Assembly (NCBI GenBank): GCA_963788195.1
Contig: CAWBGA010000001.1
Location: 192,001 to 256,000, forward strand
DNA length: 64,000 bases
From: Nitrospirota bacterium
Lineage (GTDB): Bacteria; Nitrospirota; Nitrospiria; Nitrospirales; NS-4
Direction of reading: 5' to 3'
Shown: positions 8,817 through 18,729 of the stretch, piece after piece
How the letters are laid out: each line of letters opens with the position of its first letter
Position numbering within the stretch: the stretch's first letter is position 1
Notes under the pieces: generated by a model
Told to the model about the DNA's origin: nothing
The model's database searches: none
Seen by the model: only the letters and a program-made list of their open reading frames with translations
Translations under genes and position numbers: made by a program

Positions 8817-10028
8817 ATGCTCCGAGGTTCCGACACCTGTGATTTTTTAGTGGTCGGGGCGGGCGTCGTGGGAATCACAATATCCCGAGAACTGCATCGG
8901 CGATACGGAGGGCGGGTCTTGGTTATCGAGAAAGAGCCTTCCGCGGCCCTGCATGCGAGTGGACGGAACAGCGGTGTGCTGCATGCCGGCGTGTACTATC
9001 AGGCCGGCTCGCTCAAAGCTCGCTTGTGCGTCTCCGGCAACCAGCGCATGCGCGCATACTGCCGGGACAGAGGCCTGCCGATCAATGAGTGTGGAAAAGT
9101 GATCGTTGCTCGGACTGTTGAGGAGCTCCCCGCACTTGAGGAGTTGCACAGACGTGCGCAGGCGAACGGCATTGAGGCCAGTATCATCGATGCCCAAACC
9201 TTGCGAGAACTCGAGCCGTATGCGAAGACCACAGAAAGGGCGCTTTACGTGAAGGATACGGCGGTAATCGCCCCACAAACGGTGATGGGCGCGCTCCTGG
9301 AGGACGCTCAGAAAGAAGGAGTGCTGTTCGAGTTTAATTGCGCGTGGGAACATTCCGAGACAGTCGGACTGGCACGAACCGCACGAGGCACCATCGCATA
9401 TGGGCATCTAGTGAACTGCGCCGGGTTATTTGCGGATCGGATCGCGCACGCCTTTCATGTGGGAGAGAATTATCGGATCCTTCCTTTTTTGGGCAAGTTT
9501 TCTCAACTCAGCCCCCAATCAAAAATCCAGGTTCGGGGGAATATCTATCCGGTCCCCGATCTCCGTAACCCGTTCCTGGGAATCCATTTTACGAGGCGCC
9601 CAAGCGGTGAGGTGATCATCGGCCCTTCTGCCTTGCCACTTCTTGGGCGCGAGCAGTATTCAGGGTTGAAAGGCGCCAATGCGAGCGATGCTTTCAGCAT
9701 GGGTAAGTACATGCTGCGCCTGTTTACAAAGAATCGCGATCACTTCCGGTCCCTGGCGCTCAAAGAAATCGGCAAAATGACGAAGAACGGTTTTTATCGC
9801 GAGGCGGCCGGCCTCGTGCACGGGCTTGAGCCGGACGATCTGGTGGTGGGAAAGTCTGCGGGAATTCGCGCTCAGTTGGTCAATGTTCACACGGCAGAGT
9901 TATTGAATGACTTTGTGATAGAGCCGGGGGCGCGCTCAACGCATGTCCTCAATGCCAATTCTCCGGCTTTTACATCGGCATTGCCGTTCGCAGAGCACGT
10001 CGTCCAAACAATGGCGTTGGAGAGATAG
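8817..10028 (+). CDS. lhgO: L-2-hydroxyglutarate oxidase-like FAD-dependent oxidoreductase
   Basis: GAGVVG, HASGRNSGVLHAGVYY, SLKARLC, IYPVPD..PFLGIHFT, GIRAQL, HVLNANSPAFTS. Confidence 0.85.
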   Translation: MLRGSDTCDFLVVGAGVVGITISRELHRRYGGRVLVIEKEPSAALHASGRNSGVLHAGVYYQAGSLKARLCVSGNQRMRAYCRDRGLPINECGKVIVARTVEELPALEELHRRAQANGIEASIIDAQTLRELEPYAKTTERALYVKDTAVIAPQTVMGALLEDAQKEGVLFEFNCAWEHSETVGLARTARGTIAYGHLVNCAGLFADRIAHAFHVGENYRILPFLGKFSQLSPQSKIQVRGNIYPVPDLRNPFLGIHFTRRPSGEVIIGPSALPLLGREQYSGLKGANASDAFSMGKYMLRLFTKNRDHFRSLALKEIGKMTKNGFYREAAGLVHGLEPDDLVVGKSAGIRAQLVNVHTAELLNDFVIEPGARSTHVLNANSPAFTSALPFAEHVVQTMALER

Positions 10029-10036
10029 GGTTAGTT

Positions 10037-11194
10037 GTGAATTCAAAGTCATCTCACGCCGCGGAATATTTCGCTGAGGCTGGTCAGATCAGCGAACGCA
10101 TCGATTACGAGATGGTTGAGCGTATTGCGGAAGGCCTTGCGGATCTGCGCGCGAGAGGCGGACGACTGTTTTTGTTGGGTGTCGGGGGGAGTGCCGCGAA
10201 TTGTAGCCATGCCGTCAACGACTTCCGGAAACTCTGCGGAATCGAAGCGTATACCCCCGTCGATAACGTGGCGGAACTGACGGCACGCACCAATGATGAA
10301 GGCTGGGAAACTGTCTTTGCCGCCTGGTTGAGGGTTAGTCGCGCAAGTGACAATGACGCTATCTTTGTGTTCTCGGTCGGCGGTGGGAGTGCTGCGAACA
10401 ACATCAGTGTGAATCTCGTCCGCGCCGTCGACGAAGCGAAACGCAAGGGATTGAGGATTTATGGCGTCGTCGGTCGCGATGGGGGGTACACGAAGCAGAT
10501 GGGCGATGCGGTTCTGGTGATTCCGACCGTCAACACCGAGCGCGTGACCCCGCATACGGAGGCCTTTCATGCCGTTGCGTGGCATTGCCTGGTCTCTCAT
10601 CCCAAGCTGCAGCTCAGCGATACAAAGTGGGAAAGCTCGGCCAGGCTTGCCCAACCAATGACTGAAACGCGGGCCGTTTTTATTGACCGCGACGGTGTCA
10701 TCAATCGTGCCTTTGTCCGAAACGGCGTCCCTTATCCGCCGGCCTCCCTGGGCGAGTTTGAAATCCTTCCAGGTGTCGCCGAGGCCATTCTTCAACTGAA
10801 GCAGGCAGGTTTCGCGGTGATCGTCGCGACAAATCAGCCTGATGTTGCGAAGGGAATCCAGCGCAGGGAGGTCGTCGAGGCGATGCACTCGTGCCTTCTT
10901 AAGGAATTGGCGGTCGACGAGGTAAAGGTGTGCTGGGACCTCGACACCCCCGAAGGGACCTATTACAAGCCGAAACCAGGCATGCTTCTGGCGGCGGCGA
11001 AAGAACGCGAAATTAATTTGACCCGCAGTTACATGGTGGGAGATCGCTGGCGAGACGTAGGCGCAGGGAAGGCCGCCGGCTGCTTCACGATTTTTATTGA
11101 TCGCGGTTATGCAGAGCCATTACGTGATACCCCTGACGCGATCTGCGCCGATTTACGGGAGGCGGCCGCTATCATTCTTCGGCATGCCTCGTAG
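10037..11194 (+). CDS. Fusion of SIS phosphosugar isomerase (GmhA-like) and HAD-IIIA phosphatase (GmhB-like)
   Basis: N-half GVGGSAANCSH, TARTNDEG, SVGGGS; C-half FIDRDGVIN, ATNQPD, KPKPGM, MVGDRWRD. Confidence 0.88.
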   Translation: MNSKSSHAAEYFAEAGQISERIDYEMVERIAEGLADLRARGGRLFLLGVGGSAANCSHAVNDFRKLCGIEAYTPVDNVAELTARTNDEGWETVFAAWLRVSRASDNDAIFVFSVGGGSAANNISVNLVRAVDEAKRKGLRIYGVVGRDGGYTKQMGDAVLVIPTVNTERVTPHTEAFHAVAWHCLVSHPKLQLSDTKWESSARLAQPMTETRAVFIDRDGVINRAFVRNGVPYPPASLGEFEILPGVAEAILQLKQAGFAVIVATNQPDVAKGIQRREVVEAMHSCLLKELAVDEVKVCWDLDTPEGTYYKPKPGMLLAAAKEREINLTRSYMVGDRWRDVGAGKAAGCFTIFIDRGYAEPLRDTPDAICADLREAAAIILRHAS

Positions 11195-11229
11195 ATGCTG
11201 ATGCAGATCCGTCATCCGAAGGAGGGACA

Positions 11230-11973
11230 ATGAGGCATCTGGATGGAATGAACATCAAGATTTTCGCAGACGGGGCGGATGTCAGCGGCATCAAGACGAT
11301 GTACGCGAAGCCGTGGATCAAAGGCTTCACGACCAACCCTACGTTAATGCGGAAGGCCGGTATCGTAGATTACAAGGCGTTTGCCCTCGAGGTGCTCAGG
11401 GTTGTGCCGGACAGGCCTGTCTCGTTCGAGGTCTTCGCCGATGATTTTGATGCGATGGAGGATCAGGCGATGGAAATCGCCTCGTGGGGCAGCAATGTCA
11501 ATGTCAAGATCCCGGTGACCAATACGAAACGTACCTTTTGTGGTTCCTTAATCCGTGCGCTCTCGACGGCCGGGGTCAAGCTCAACATTACCGCTGTCAT
11601 GACCGTTGACCAGGTCCGTGACATTGTCGATCACCTTATCGGTAACACGCCTGCCATTATCTCCGTGTTTGCCGGTCGCATCGCCGATACCGGCGTGGAT
11701 CCGGTGCCTGTAATGAGGGACGCCTTGAAGCTGTTAAAAAGCAGGCCGAAGGCAGAACTCCTGTGGGCGAGCCCACGAGAGTTGCTGAACATCGTGCAGG
11801 CGAACGAGATCGGCTGTCATATCATCACCGCCACCAACGATATCCTGGCCAAGTTATGCCTGCTAGGCAAAGATCACAGCGAGTATTCACTCGAAACTGT
11901 CGAGATGTTCCACCGGGATGCGACAGCCGCCGGATACACCATTCCGTATGAGCGCCGTGCCGTCGCCTCTTAG
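11230..11973 (+). CDS. Transaldolase (short TalC/FSA-fold type)
   Basis: GFTTNPTL, SFEV, VKIP (Schiff-base Lys), LNITA, ISVFAGRIAD, LLWAS; RBS GGAGG. Confidence 0.9.
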   Translation: MRHLDGMNIKIFADGADVSGIKTMYAKPWIKGFTTNPTLMRKAGIVDYKAFALEVLRVVPDRPVSFEVFADDFDAMEDQAMEIASWGSNVNVKIPVTNTKRTFCGSLIRALSTAGVKLNITAVMTVDQVRDIVDHLIGNTPAIISVFAGRIADTGVDPVPVMRDALKLLKSRPKAELLWASPRELLNIVQANEIGCHIITATNDILAKLCLLGKDHSEYSLETVEMFHRDATAAGYTIPYERRAVAS

Positions 11974-12003
11974 TCTGCGTGCTCTTTCACCGAGAGGTCT
12001 GTA

Positions 12004-13000
12004 TTGAAGAACGTTCTGATCACCGGCGGAGCCGGCTATGTGGGCACGCTACTCGTCCCTCAATTGACGGACGCGGGCTACCACGTAACGGTCTACGACA
12101 CCATGTACTACGGTTGCGAACTCATCCCTGGCGCTCACCTGAATATCATCAAGGCCGATATCCGGGACACTGTGACATTTCGCAAGGCCTGCAGCGGTAT
12201 CGACGCCGTGATCCATCTGGCTTGCATTTCGAACGATGCCGGCTTTGAACTGGATGAACGGCTGAGCCAGACGATCAACTACGACTGTTTTGAGCCGCTG
12301 GTTATTGCGGCCAAAGACCAGGGTGTGAAGCGTTTCATCTATGCCTCGTCAAGCTCCGTGTACGGTGTCTCCGATGCGCCTGAAGTCACCGAGGAGCATC
12401 CGCTGGTACCGCTGACGCTCTATAACAAGTTCAAAGGCATGTGCGAGCCGATCCTTTTTAAGCATCAGACCGAGGATTTCATCTGCGTCGCCATTCGTCC
12501 CGCCACGGTATGTGGGTATAGTCCGCGGCAGCGGCTGGACCTTTCGGTCAATATTCTCACGAATCATGCCGTCAATAACGGCAGGATCGCGGTCTTCGGC
12601 GGCCAGCAGAAGCGCCCGAATCTTCACGTTCAGGACATGTGTGATCTCTACAAGCTGTTGCTCGAAGTCCCGGACGCGTACATTGCCGGGGAGACCTTCA
12701 ACGCCGGGCTATCAAAATCACACCATCATGGAGATTGCCAAGATCGTGAAAGAGGTGGTGCAGAAGGAGTTTCCCGAAAAGGCCGAAATTCCGATTGAGA
12801 TCACCCCGACGAACGACAATCGTTCCTATCACATCAACTCCGACAAGATCGCCAGAAAGATCGGCTTCAAGCCCAAGCGGGGAATCGAAGATGCCGTCCG
12901 GGACCTGTGCGGCGCTTTTGGGACAGGGACACTGCCAAACAGCCTCACCGACGACCGCTATTACAACGTCAAAGTGCTGAAACGCATTCGGGTTTCCTGA
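12004..13000 (+). CDS. NAD-dependent epimerase/dehydratase (extended SDR), frameshifted near 12708
   Basis: [29 protein letters not shown] in ORF 12004-12798; C-terminus (YQNHTIMEIA...RSYHINSDKI) continues in ORF 12512-13000. Confidence 0.85.
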
Positions 13001-14007
13001 TGCCTCCGACACCTCTTGCTGTTGTCACCGGTGGCGCGGGTTTCATCGGCAGCCACATGGTCGATCTTCTGGTCGAGCGGGGCTTCCGCATCCGCGTCCT
13101 CGATAGTCTCATCGGCGGCCGCGCAGCGAATCTTGCCCAGCACGCGGCGAATCCTGAGGTCATCCTTGATGAGCGGGATATCCGCGACCTTGCGCCCGAC
13201 GACAAGCTGTTCGCCGGCGCGCGATATGTGTTCCATTTCGCCGGTATCGGGGACATTGTGCCCTCCATCGAGCAGCCTACTGAGTACATGGCGACCAATG
13301 TCCAGGGCACGGTGCACGTGCTCGAGGCAGCGAGACATGCCGGAGTGCGCAAGATGATCTATGCGGCCTCTTCGTCCTGCTACGGGTTGGCGGGGGTACC
13401 GACACGCGAAGAAGATCCCATTGCCCCGCAATATCCATACGCACTGAGCAAATATCTTGGCGAATTGTCCGTCTTTCACTGGCACAAGGTCTATCGACTG
13501 CCGGTGAATGTCATCCGTATCTTCAACGCCTACGGAACCCGCTCGCGCACATCGGGGGCGTATGGCGCAGTCTTCGGGGTCTTCCTGCGCCAGAAACTGG
13601 CCGGCAAGCCGTTTACCGTCGTCGGAGACGGCACGCAGACGCGTGACTTCCTTTACGTGACGGATGTCGCTGCGGCGTTCTTCATGGCCGCAGAGAGTGA
13701 CTATGTCGGAGAAATTTGGAACCTGGGGGCCGGCCACCCACAATCCGTCAATCGCCTCGTTGAACTCCTAGGCGGCGACGTGGTCCACCTCCCTAAACGC
13801 CCCGGTGAGCCGCAGTGCACGTGGGCGGATATCACGAAGATCACGCGCGAACTCGGATGGGCTCCACAGGTGTCGTTTGAAGAAGGGGTCAGGCGCGTAT
13901 TGGCGGAGATCGACTATTGGCGCGACGCGCCGTTGTGGAGTCCGGACTCGATCATGGATGCGACAAAAGTATGGTTCACCTATCTGGGATCGGAGAAACA
14001 GTTATGA
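13000..14007 (+). CDS. NAD-dependent epimerase/dehydratase (extended SDR)
   Basis: ATG 13000 overlaps upstream TGA; GGAGFIGSH, AASSSCYG, YALSK, RIFNAYG. Confidence 0.9.
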   Translation: MPPTPLAVVTGGAGFIGSHMVDLLVERGFRIRVLDSLIGGRAANLAQHAANPEVILDERDIRDLAPDDKLFAGARYVFHFAGIGDIVPSIEQPTEYMATNVQGTVHVLEAARHAGVRKMIYAASSSCYGLAGVPTREEDPIAPQYPYALSKYLGELSVFHWHKVYRLPVNVIRIFNAYGTRSRTSGAYGAVFGVFLRQKLAGKPFTVVGDGTQTRDFLYVTDVAAAFFMAAESDYVGEIWNLGAGHPQSVNRLVELLGGDVVHLPKRPGEPQCTWADITKITRELGWAPQVSFEEGVRRVLAEIDYWRDAPLWSPDSIMDATKVWFTYLGSEKQL

Positions 14008-15555
14008 CGCCGACCCTCTCGCAGCAATATCGCCGGAAAGTCAAGACCGTGGAGGAGCTTGACCAGGATCCTGGGCAAACGGCCTCGTAAGAAAAAGGCC
14101 ATTATGTGTCATGGGGTGTTCGACGTGGTGCACCCCGGGCATCTGCGCCACCTTATCTATGCCAAAAGCAAGGCCCAGATACTGGTTGCCAGCCTCACGG
14201 CAGATGTCCACATCAGCAAGGGACATTATCGGCCTCACGTGCCCCAAGACCTTCGCGCGCTCAACCTTGCGGCGTTCGAAATCGTCGACTATGTGATCAT
14301 TGATTCCAACCCAACGCCGATAAAAAACATCAGCGTCTTACAGCCTGATTTCTTTGCGAAGGGGTACGAGTACACGGCCAGCGGCATGCCGGCAAGGACC
14401 GAAGAGGAGGCGCAGGCACTTCGCGAATACGGGGGCAAGCTTATCTTTACCCCGGGCGATATCGTGTATTCCTCCTCCAAGCTTATCGACCTAGCGCCGC
14501 CCAGCATCAGGATCGAGAAATTGCTCACGTTGATGGACTCAGAGAAACTCACGTTCAATGGCTTGCGTGCGAGTCTCGATCGGTTGAAAGGAAAGCGCGT
14601 GCATGTCGTCGGCGACACCATCGTAGACAGTTACACCCGAACCACGTCGATCGGCGGGCAGACGAAGACCCCCACAATGAGCGTGCTGTATGAGCAGCGC
14701 GATGATTATATCGGCGGCGCAGCGATCGTCGCGGAACATCTGCGGGCGGCCGGCGCAGAAGTCGTCTTTTCAACGGTGCTCGGGGATGATGCCTTGAAAG
14801 AGTTTGTGCTGACTGGACTCAAGAACGCCGGCGTCGAATGCCGGCCCATCATTGACCCGACGAGACCGACCACCAACAAAAACGCCATCGTCGCCGGTGG
14901 CTATCGCTTACTGAAGATCGACATGCTGGACAACCGGTCCATCTCCGATGAGATCTTGGACAGTATCGCCCAGACCATCGGTGAGACGGTGTGCGATGCC
15001 GTCGTGTTCAGTGATTTCCGTCACGGTATCTTTAACCGCCGCACGATTCCCAAATTACTTGCCGCCATCCCGGAAGGAGCCTATAAGGTCGCCGATAGTC
15101 AGGTCGCCAGCCGCTGGGGCAATATCACCGATTTCAAGAATTTTGATCTGATTACGCCCAACGAGCGCGAGGCGAGGTTTGCCCTCGCCGATCAGGACTC
15201 CGGCATCCGGCCGTTGTCCTCTGTGCTGTATGACAAGGCTAAATGTAAGACATTGATGCTCAAGCTGAGTGAACGCGGCGTGCTCACGTGCCGAGGCAGC
15301 GACCACGAGGCGCTGGATTCATTCATCGTCGTGGACTCCTTCGTCGAGCAACTCGTTGATGCCGTCGGGGCAGGCGATGCGCTGCTGGCCTATGCCACGC
15401 TCGCGATGCTGGCCACACGTTCTACCGCAGTCGCGACGATACTCGGCTCCATGGCGGCGGCCTGTGAATGCGAGTGTGACGGCAACATTCCGGTGACGCC
15501 GGATGACGTGCGCCAGAAACTCAACGCGATTGAACGGCAGGCCAATTTTCACTGA
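14004..15555 (+). CDS. Bifunctional nucleotidyltransferase / PfkB kinase (HldE-like, reversed domain order), frameshifted near 14058
   Basis: ATG 14004 MTPTLSQQYRRKVKTVEE shifts into ORF 14059; N-terminal CHGVFDVVHPGHLRH (HxGH), C-terminal GGAAIVA, ITPNEREA, DAVGAGD. Confidence 0.88.
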
Positions 15556-16499
15556 TGCCTTCGAGCTTTCGCGTCATCGTTGTCGGCCTCGGTGTCCAAG
15601 GGCACAAGCGCCGGCAATTTGCCGGTGGGGACTTCCTCGCCACCGTGGACCCGGTTAATAAAGAGGCGCAGTACCGAGCCATCGAAGACATCCCCGTGTC
15701 CGGTTATGAGGCCGCCCTCGTATGCATCCCGGATGAGCCCAAAGTCGAAGTCCTCACCTATCTGCTGTCGAACGGAAAACATGTGCTGGTGGAGAAGCCA
15801 CTCTGGGCTGCCGAGGATCGGCAAATCGAACGACTTGAGAAGCTTGCGCGAGCCAACGGCGTTGTCTGCTATACAGCCTACAATCACCGCTTCGAGCCGC
15901 ACTTTGTGCGGATGAAACGCCTCATCGAGTCCGGAGACCTAGGTCGCATTTACCGCTGCCGCATGTTCTACGGTAATGGAACTGCGCGGCTGGTGCGCGA
16001 CTCGGTCTGGCGGGACCAGGGCGCAGGCGTGTTGCCCGATCTGGGCTCGCATCTACTCGACACCGCGCGATTCTGGTTCGGCGAGCTTGGTGAGGACTTC
16101 TCTATTCTCTCCTCCGACTGCTTCGAGAACCGTTCACCCGATCATGTCCTTCTCGGCTCAGGACAAACCGAACCGCGGCTTGAACTAGAAATGACCTTAT
16201 TGTCCTGGCGGAACCATTTTACCTGCGATATTTACGCCGAGAAGGGATCGGCCCATATCAGCTCGCTGTGCAAATGGGGACCGGCGACCTTCACAAGGCG
16301 CACTCGTATTCTCCCGAGCGGCCGCCCACCCGAGGAAAGCGTGATGATGGTGGAGGACGATCCAACCTGGGCGTCGGAATACGCCCATTTTCGCTCTCTT
16401 TGTCAAAAGAGAGCGACGACCGATCTTTCCAATGATCGCTGGCTCAACGGATTGTTGCGTCGCTTGGGCCAGGCTGCCATCGAGGCGGCGAAGCGGTGA
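15555..16499 (+). CDS. Gfo/Idh/MocA family oxidoreductase
   Basis: VVGLGVQG, GKHVLVEKPL, YNHRFEP, GVLPDLGSHLLD. Confidence 0.9.
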   Translation: MPSSFRVIVVGLGVQGHKRRQFAGGDFLATVDPVNKEAQYRAIEDIPVSGYEAALVCIPDEPKVEVLTYLLSNGKHVLVEKPLWAAEDRQIERLEKLARANGVVCYTAYNHRFEPHFVRMKRLIESGDLGRIYRCRMFYGNGTARLVRDSVWRDQGAGVLPDLGSHLLDTARFWFGELGEDFSILSSDCFENRSPDHVLLGSGQTEPRLELEMTLLSWRNHFTCDIYAEKGSAHISSLCKWGPATFTRRTRILPSGRPPEESVMMVEDDPTWASEYAHFRSLCQKRATTDLSNDRWLNGLLRRLGQAAIEAAKR

Positions 16500-17830
16500 G
16501 CGCCTTAAGCGAAGGCGCGCCTACGATTGGTTTCGCGGGGCTCACACATCTGGGGCTATGCTCGGCCGTGGCCGCGGCCTCCAAGGGCTTTCAGGTGAAC
16601 GGCTATGACAGCGACAGCGCACGTGTAAAAGAGATTGCGGAGGGGCGCTGGCCTGTTACAGAGCCTGGCCTTGCCGAGCTTGCTGAGGGCCATCGCATCC
16701 GGCTGGCTTGGCGAGACGATATCGGCGTGCTCGGGCTATGCGACGTCGTGTACATCGCGAGCGACGTGCCGACCGACGACCGTGGCTGCTCCGACCTGTC
16801 AGACATCGTCGCGTTGATCGACCGGGTCATTCCGGTGCTCAAGCAACAGGCGATCCTGGTAGTGCTCTGCCAGGTCCCGCCGGGCTTTACCCGCGGAGTC
16901 GCGTTTCCACCCGGCCGCCTCTACTATCAGGTCGAGACGCTGGTGTTTGGCCGCGCCGTCGAGCGGGCCACAAGCCCTGAGCGGCTCATCATCGGCTGCG
17001 CAAATCCCGGCGTGGAATTGCCAAAGGCATTCGGAGAGTTCCTCCGCGCCTTCGGCTGCCCGATTCTGACCATGCGTTATGAGAGCGCCGAGCTTGCCAA
17101 GATCTCGATCAATTGCAGTCTGGTTGCCTCGATCAGTGTGGCCAACACCATGGCAGAGTTGTGCGAAAAGATCGGTGCCGACTGGTCGGAGATCGTTCCA
17201 GCGTTGAAGCTCGACGCACGCATCGGTCAGTACGCCTACCTGGCGCCGGGCTTGGGGCTCGCCGGCGGCAACCTGGAACGCGATCTGGCCACCGTGCTCG
17301 GCCTGGCTGAGACGATGGGCGGCGATGCCGGGGTGATTGAAGCGTGCATGCGTAACAGCCACCATTGCCGTGATTGGGTGCTGCGCACATTACATGAACA
17401 CGTCCTGGGAGTCCGGCCCGACGCCGCGATCGGCATCCTCGGCCTTGCGTACAAGGAAAACACGGACTCGACGAAGAATTCGCCATCCCTGGCATTGTTG
17501 ACGCATCTGACGCCCTGGCGCGTCCAGGTGTATGACCCTGTGGTCAGCGCCGCCGCCGTGCGGCAGCAGAATGCCGTCGGCGCGAAGTCGGCGTTGGAGG
17601 CCGCGCGTGGCATGGATGCTCTCGTGATCATGACGCCATGGCCGGAGTTCCAAAAACTGAGCCCCACACAGCTCGCAAAGATTCTCAGGGGACGCACGGT
17701 CATTGATCCTTATCGGGTGCTGAACGGGACGGCAGTCGTCGCAGCGGGGCTCGACTATTTCACGCTGGGAGCTCCTCCGCTGCGTAGCGCGATTAGGAAC
17801 CCTCCAGTGTCCATTCCCCTCAAGGGATAG
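16496..17830 (+). CDS. UDP-glucose/GDP-mannose dehydrogenase family protein lacking the catalytic Cys
   Basis: DVPTD, ESAELAKISIN, LDARIG, GLAYKENTD; canonical GGSCFPKD appears as GGNLERD. Confidence 0.85.
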   Translation: MSALSEGAPTIGFAGLTHLGLCSAVAAASKGFQVNGYDSDSARVKEIAEGRWPVTEPGLAELAEGHRIRLAWRDDIGVLGLCDVVYIASDVPTDDRGCSDLSDIVALIDRVIPVLKQQAILVVLCQVPPGFTRGVAFPPGRLYYQVETLVFGRAVERATSPERLIIGCANPGVELPKAFGEFLRAFGCPILTMRYESAELAKISINCSLVASISVANTMAELCEKIGADWSEIVPALKLDARIGQYAYLAPGLGLAGGNLERDLATVLGLAETMGGDAGVIEACMRNSHHCRDWVLRTLHEHVLGVRPDAAIGILGLAYKENTDSTKNSPSLALLTHLTPWRVQVYDPVVSAAAVRQQNAVGAKSALEAARGMDALVIMTPWPEFQKLSPTQLAKILRGRTVIDPYRVLNGTAVVAAGLDYFTLGAPPLRSAIRNPPVSIPLKG

Positions 17831-17854
17831 GGAAGGATGAGGGGGCATCACGCA

Positions 17855-18727
17855 ATGCTCAAGCATACCAATACGGTCGCGACGAAGCCTGCACGCGTTG
17901 TCATTATCGGCGCAGGTGGATTCGTCGGCGGGGCGATCCGCACGCATCTTATCAACGCGGGGGTGACGGTGCTTCCATTGACACGCAGAGAAGTCGATCT
18001 CCTTACACAGGATGCGGCTGTGAAGCTCAAAGCCCTCCTTCGACCGGGCGACAGCGTCGTGATGGTGTCCGCGATGGCTCCCGCAAAGACCGTGCCCGTG
18101 CTGATGCAGAACCTAAAGATGGGCGAGGCAGTATGCGCTGCGCTTTCGGAGGCAGAGATTGCCCATCTTGTGTATATCAGTTCGGATGCCGTGTATGCCG
18201 ATGATGCGAACCCCGTGACGGAACGCTCGTACCTGGCGCCCTCAACAATCCATGGGATGATGCACGCGGCCCGCGAGTTGATGTTGAAGAGCACGACCCA
18301 AGCCCCCGTCGCGATGCTTCGCCCCACTCTTCTGTACGGCGGCGCCGATCCGCATAACGGATATGGCCCCAATCGCTTTCGCCGGCAGGCCGAGAAGGGT
18401 GAGCCCATTCTGATCTTCGGCGAAGGAGAGGAGAGGCGCGATCACGTATTCATCGACGATGTCGCGAAACTGGCCTCGCTTGCCCTGTGGCATCGAAGCG
18501 CCGGCGCCCTGAATGTCGCAACCGGCGTCTCGACGTCGTTTTCTCATATCGCGCATATGGTGATGACGCAGTTCCCTGGATCTGTGATCAAGAGCCTTCC
18601 ACGCGAGGGGCCGCGCCCGCATCTGCTGCATCGACATTTTGATATCGCGGAATGTTTAAAAGCGTTCCCGATGTTTCACTACACACAACTGGAAAAGGGC
18701 CTCGCGTTGTCCAAGAACGGGATCTGA
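17855..18727 (+). CDS. Atypical NAD-dependent epimerase/dehydratase (SDR)
   Basis: GAGGFVG, ISSDAVY, LRPTLLYG, RDHVFIDDVA; YxxxK position reads HGMMH; start may be 17837. Confidence 0.82.
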   Translation: MLKHTNTVATKPARVVIIGAGGFVGGAIRTHLINAGVTVLPLTRREVDLLTQDAAVKLKALLRPGDSVVMVSAMAPAKTVPVLMQNLKMGEAVCAALSEAEIAHLVYISSDAVYADDANPVTERSYLAPSTIHGMMHAARELMLKSTTQAPVAMLRPTLLYGGADPHNGYGPNRFRRQAEKGEPILIFGEGEERRDHVFIDDVAKLASLALWHRSAGALNVATGVSTSFSHIAHMVMTQFPGSVIKSLPREGPRPHLLHRHFDIAECLKAFPMFHYTQLEKGLALSKNGI

Positions 18728-18729
18728 GT

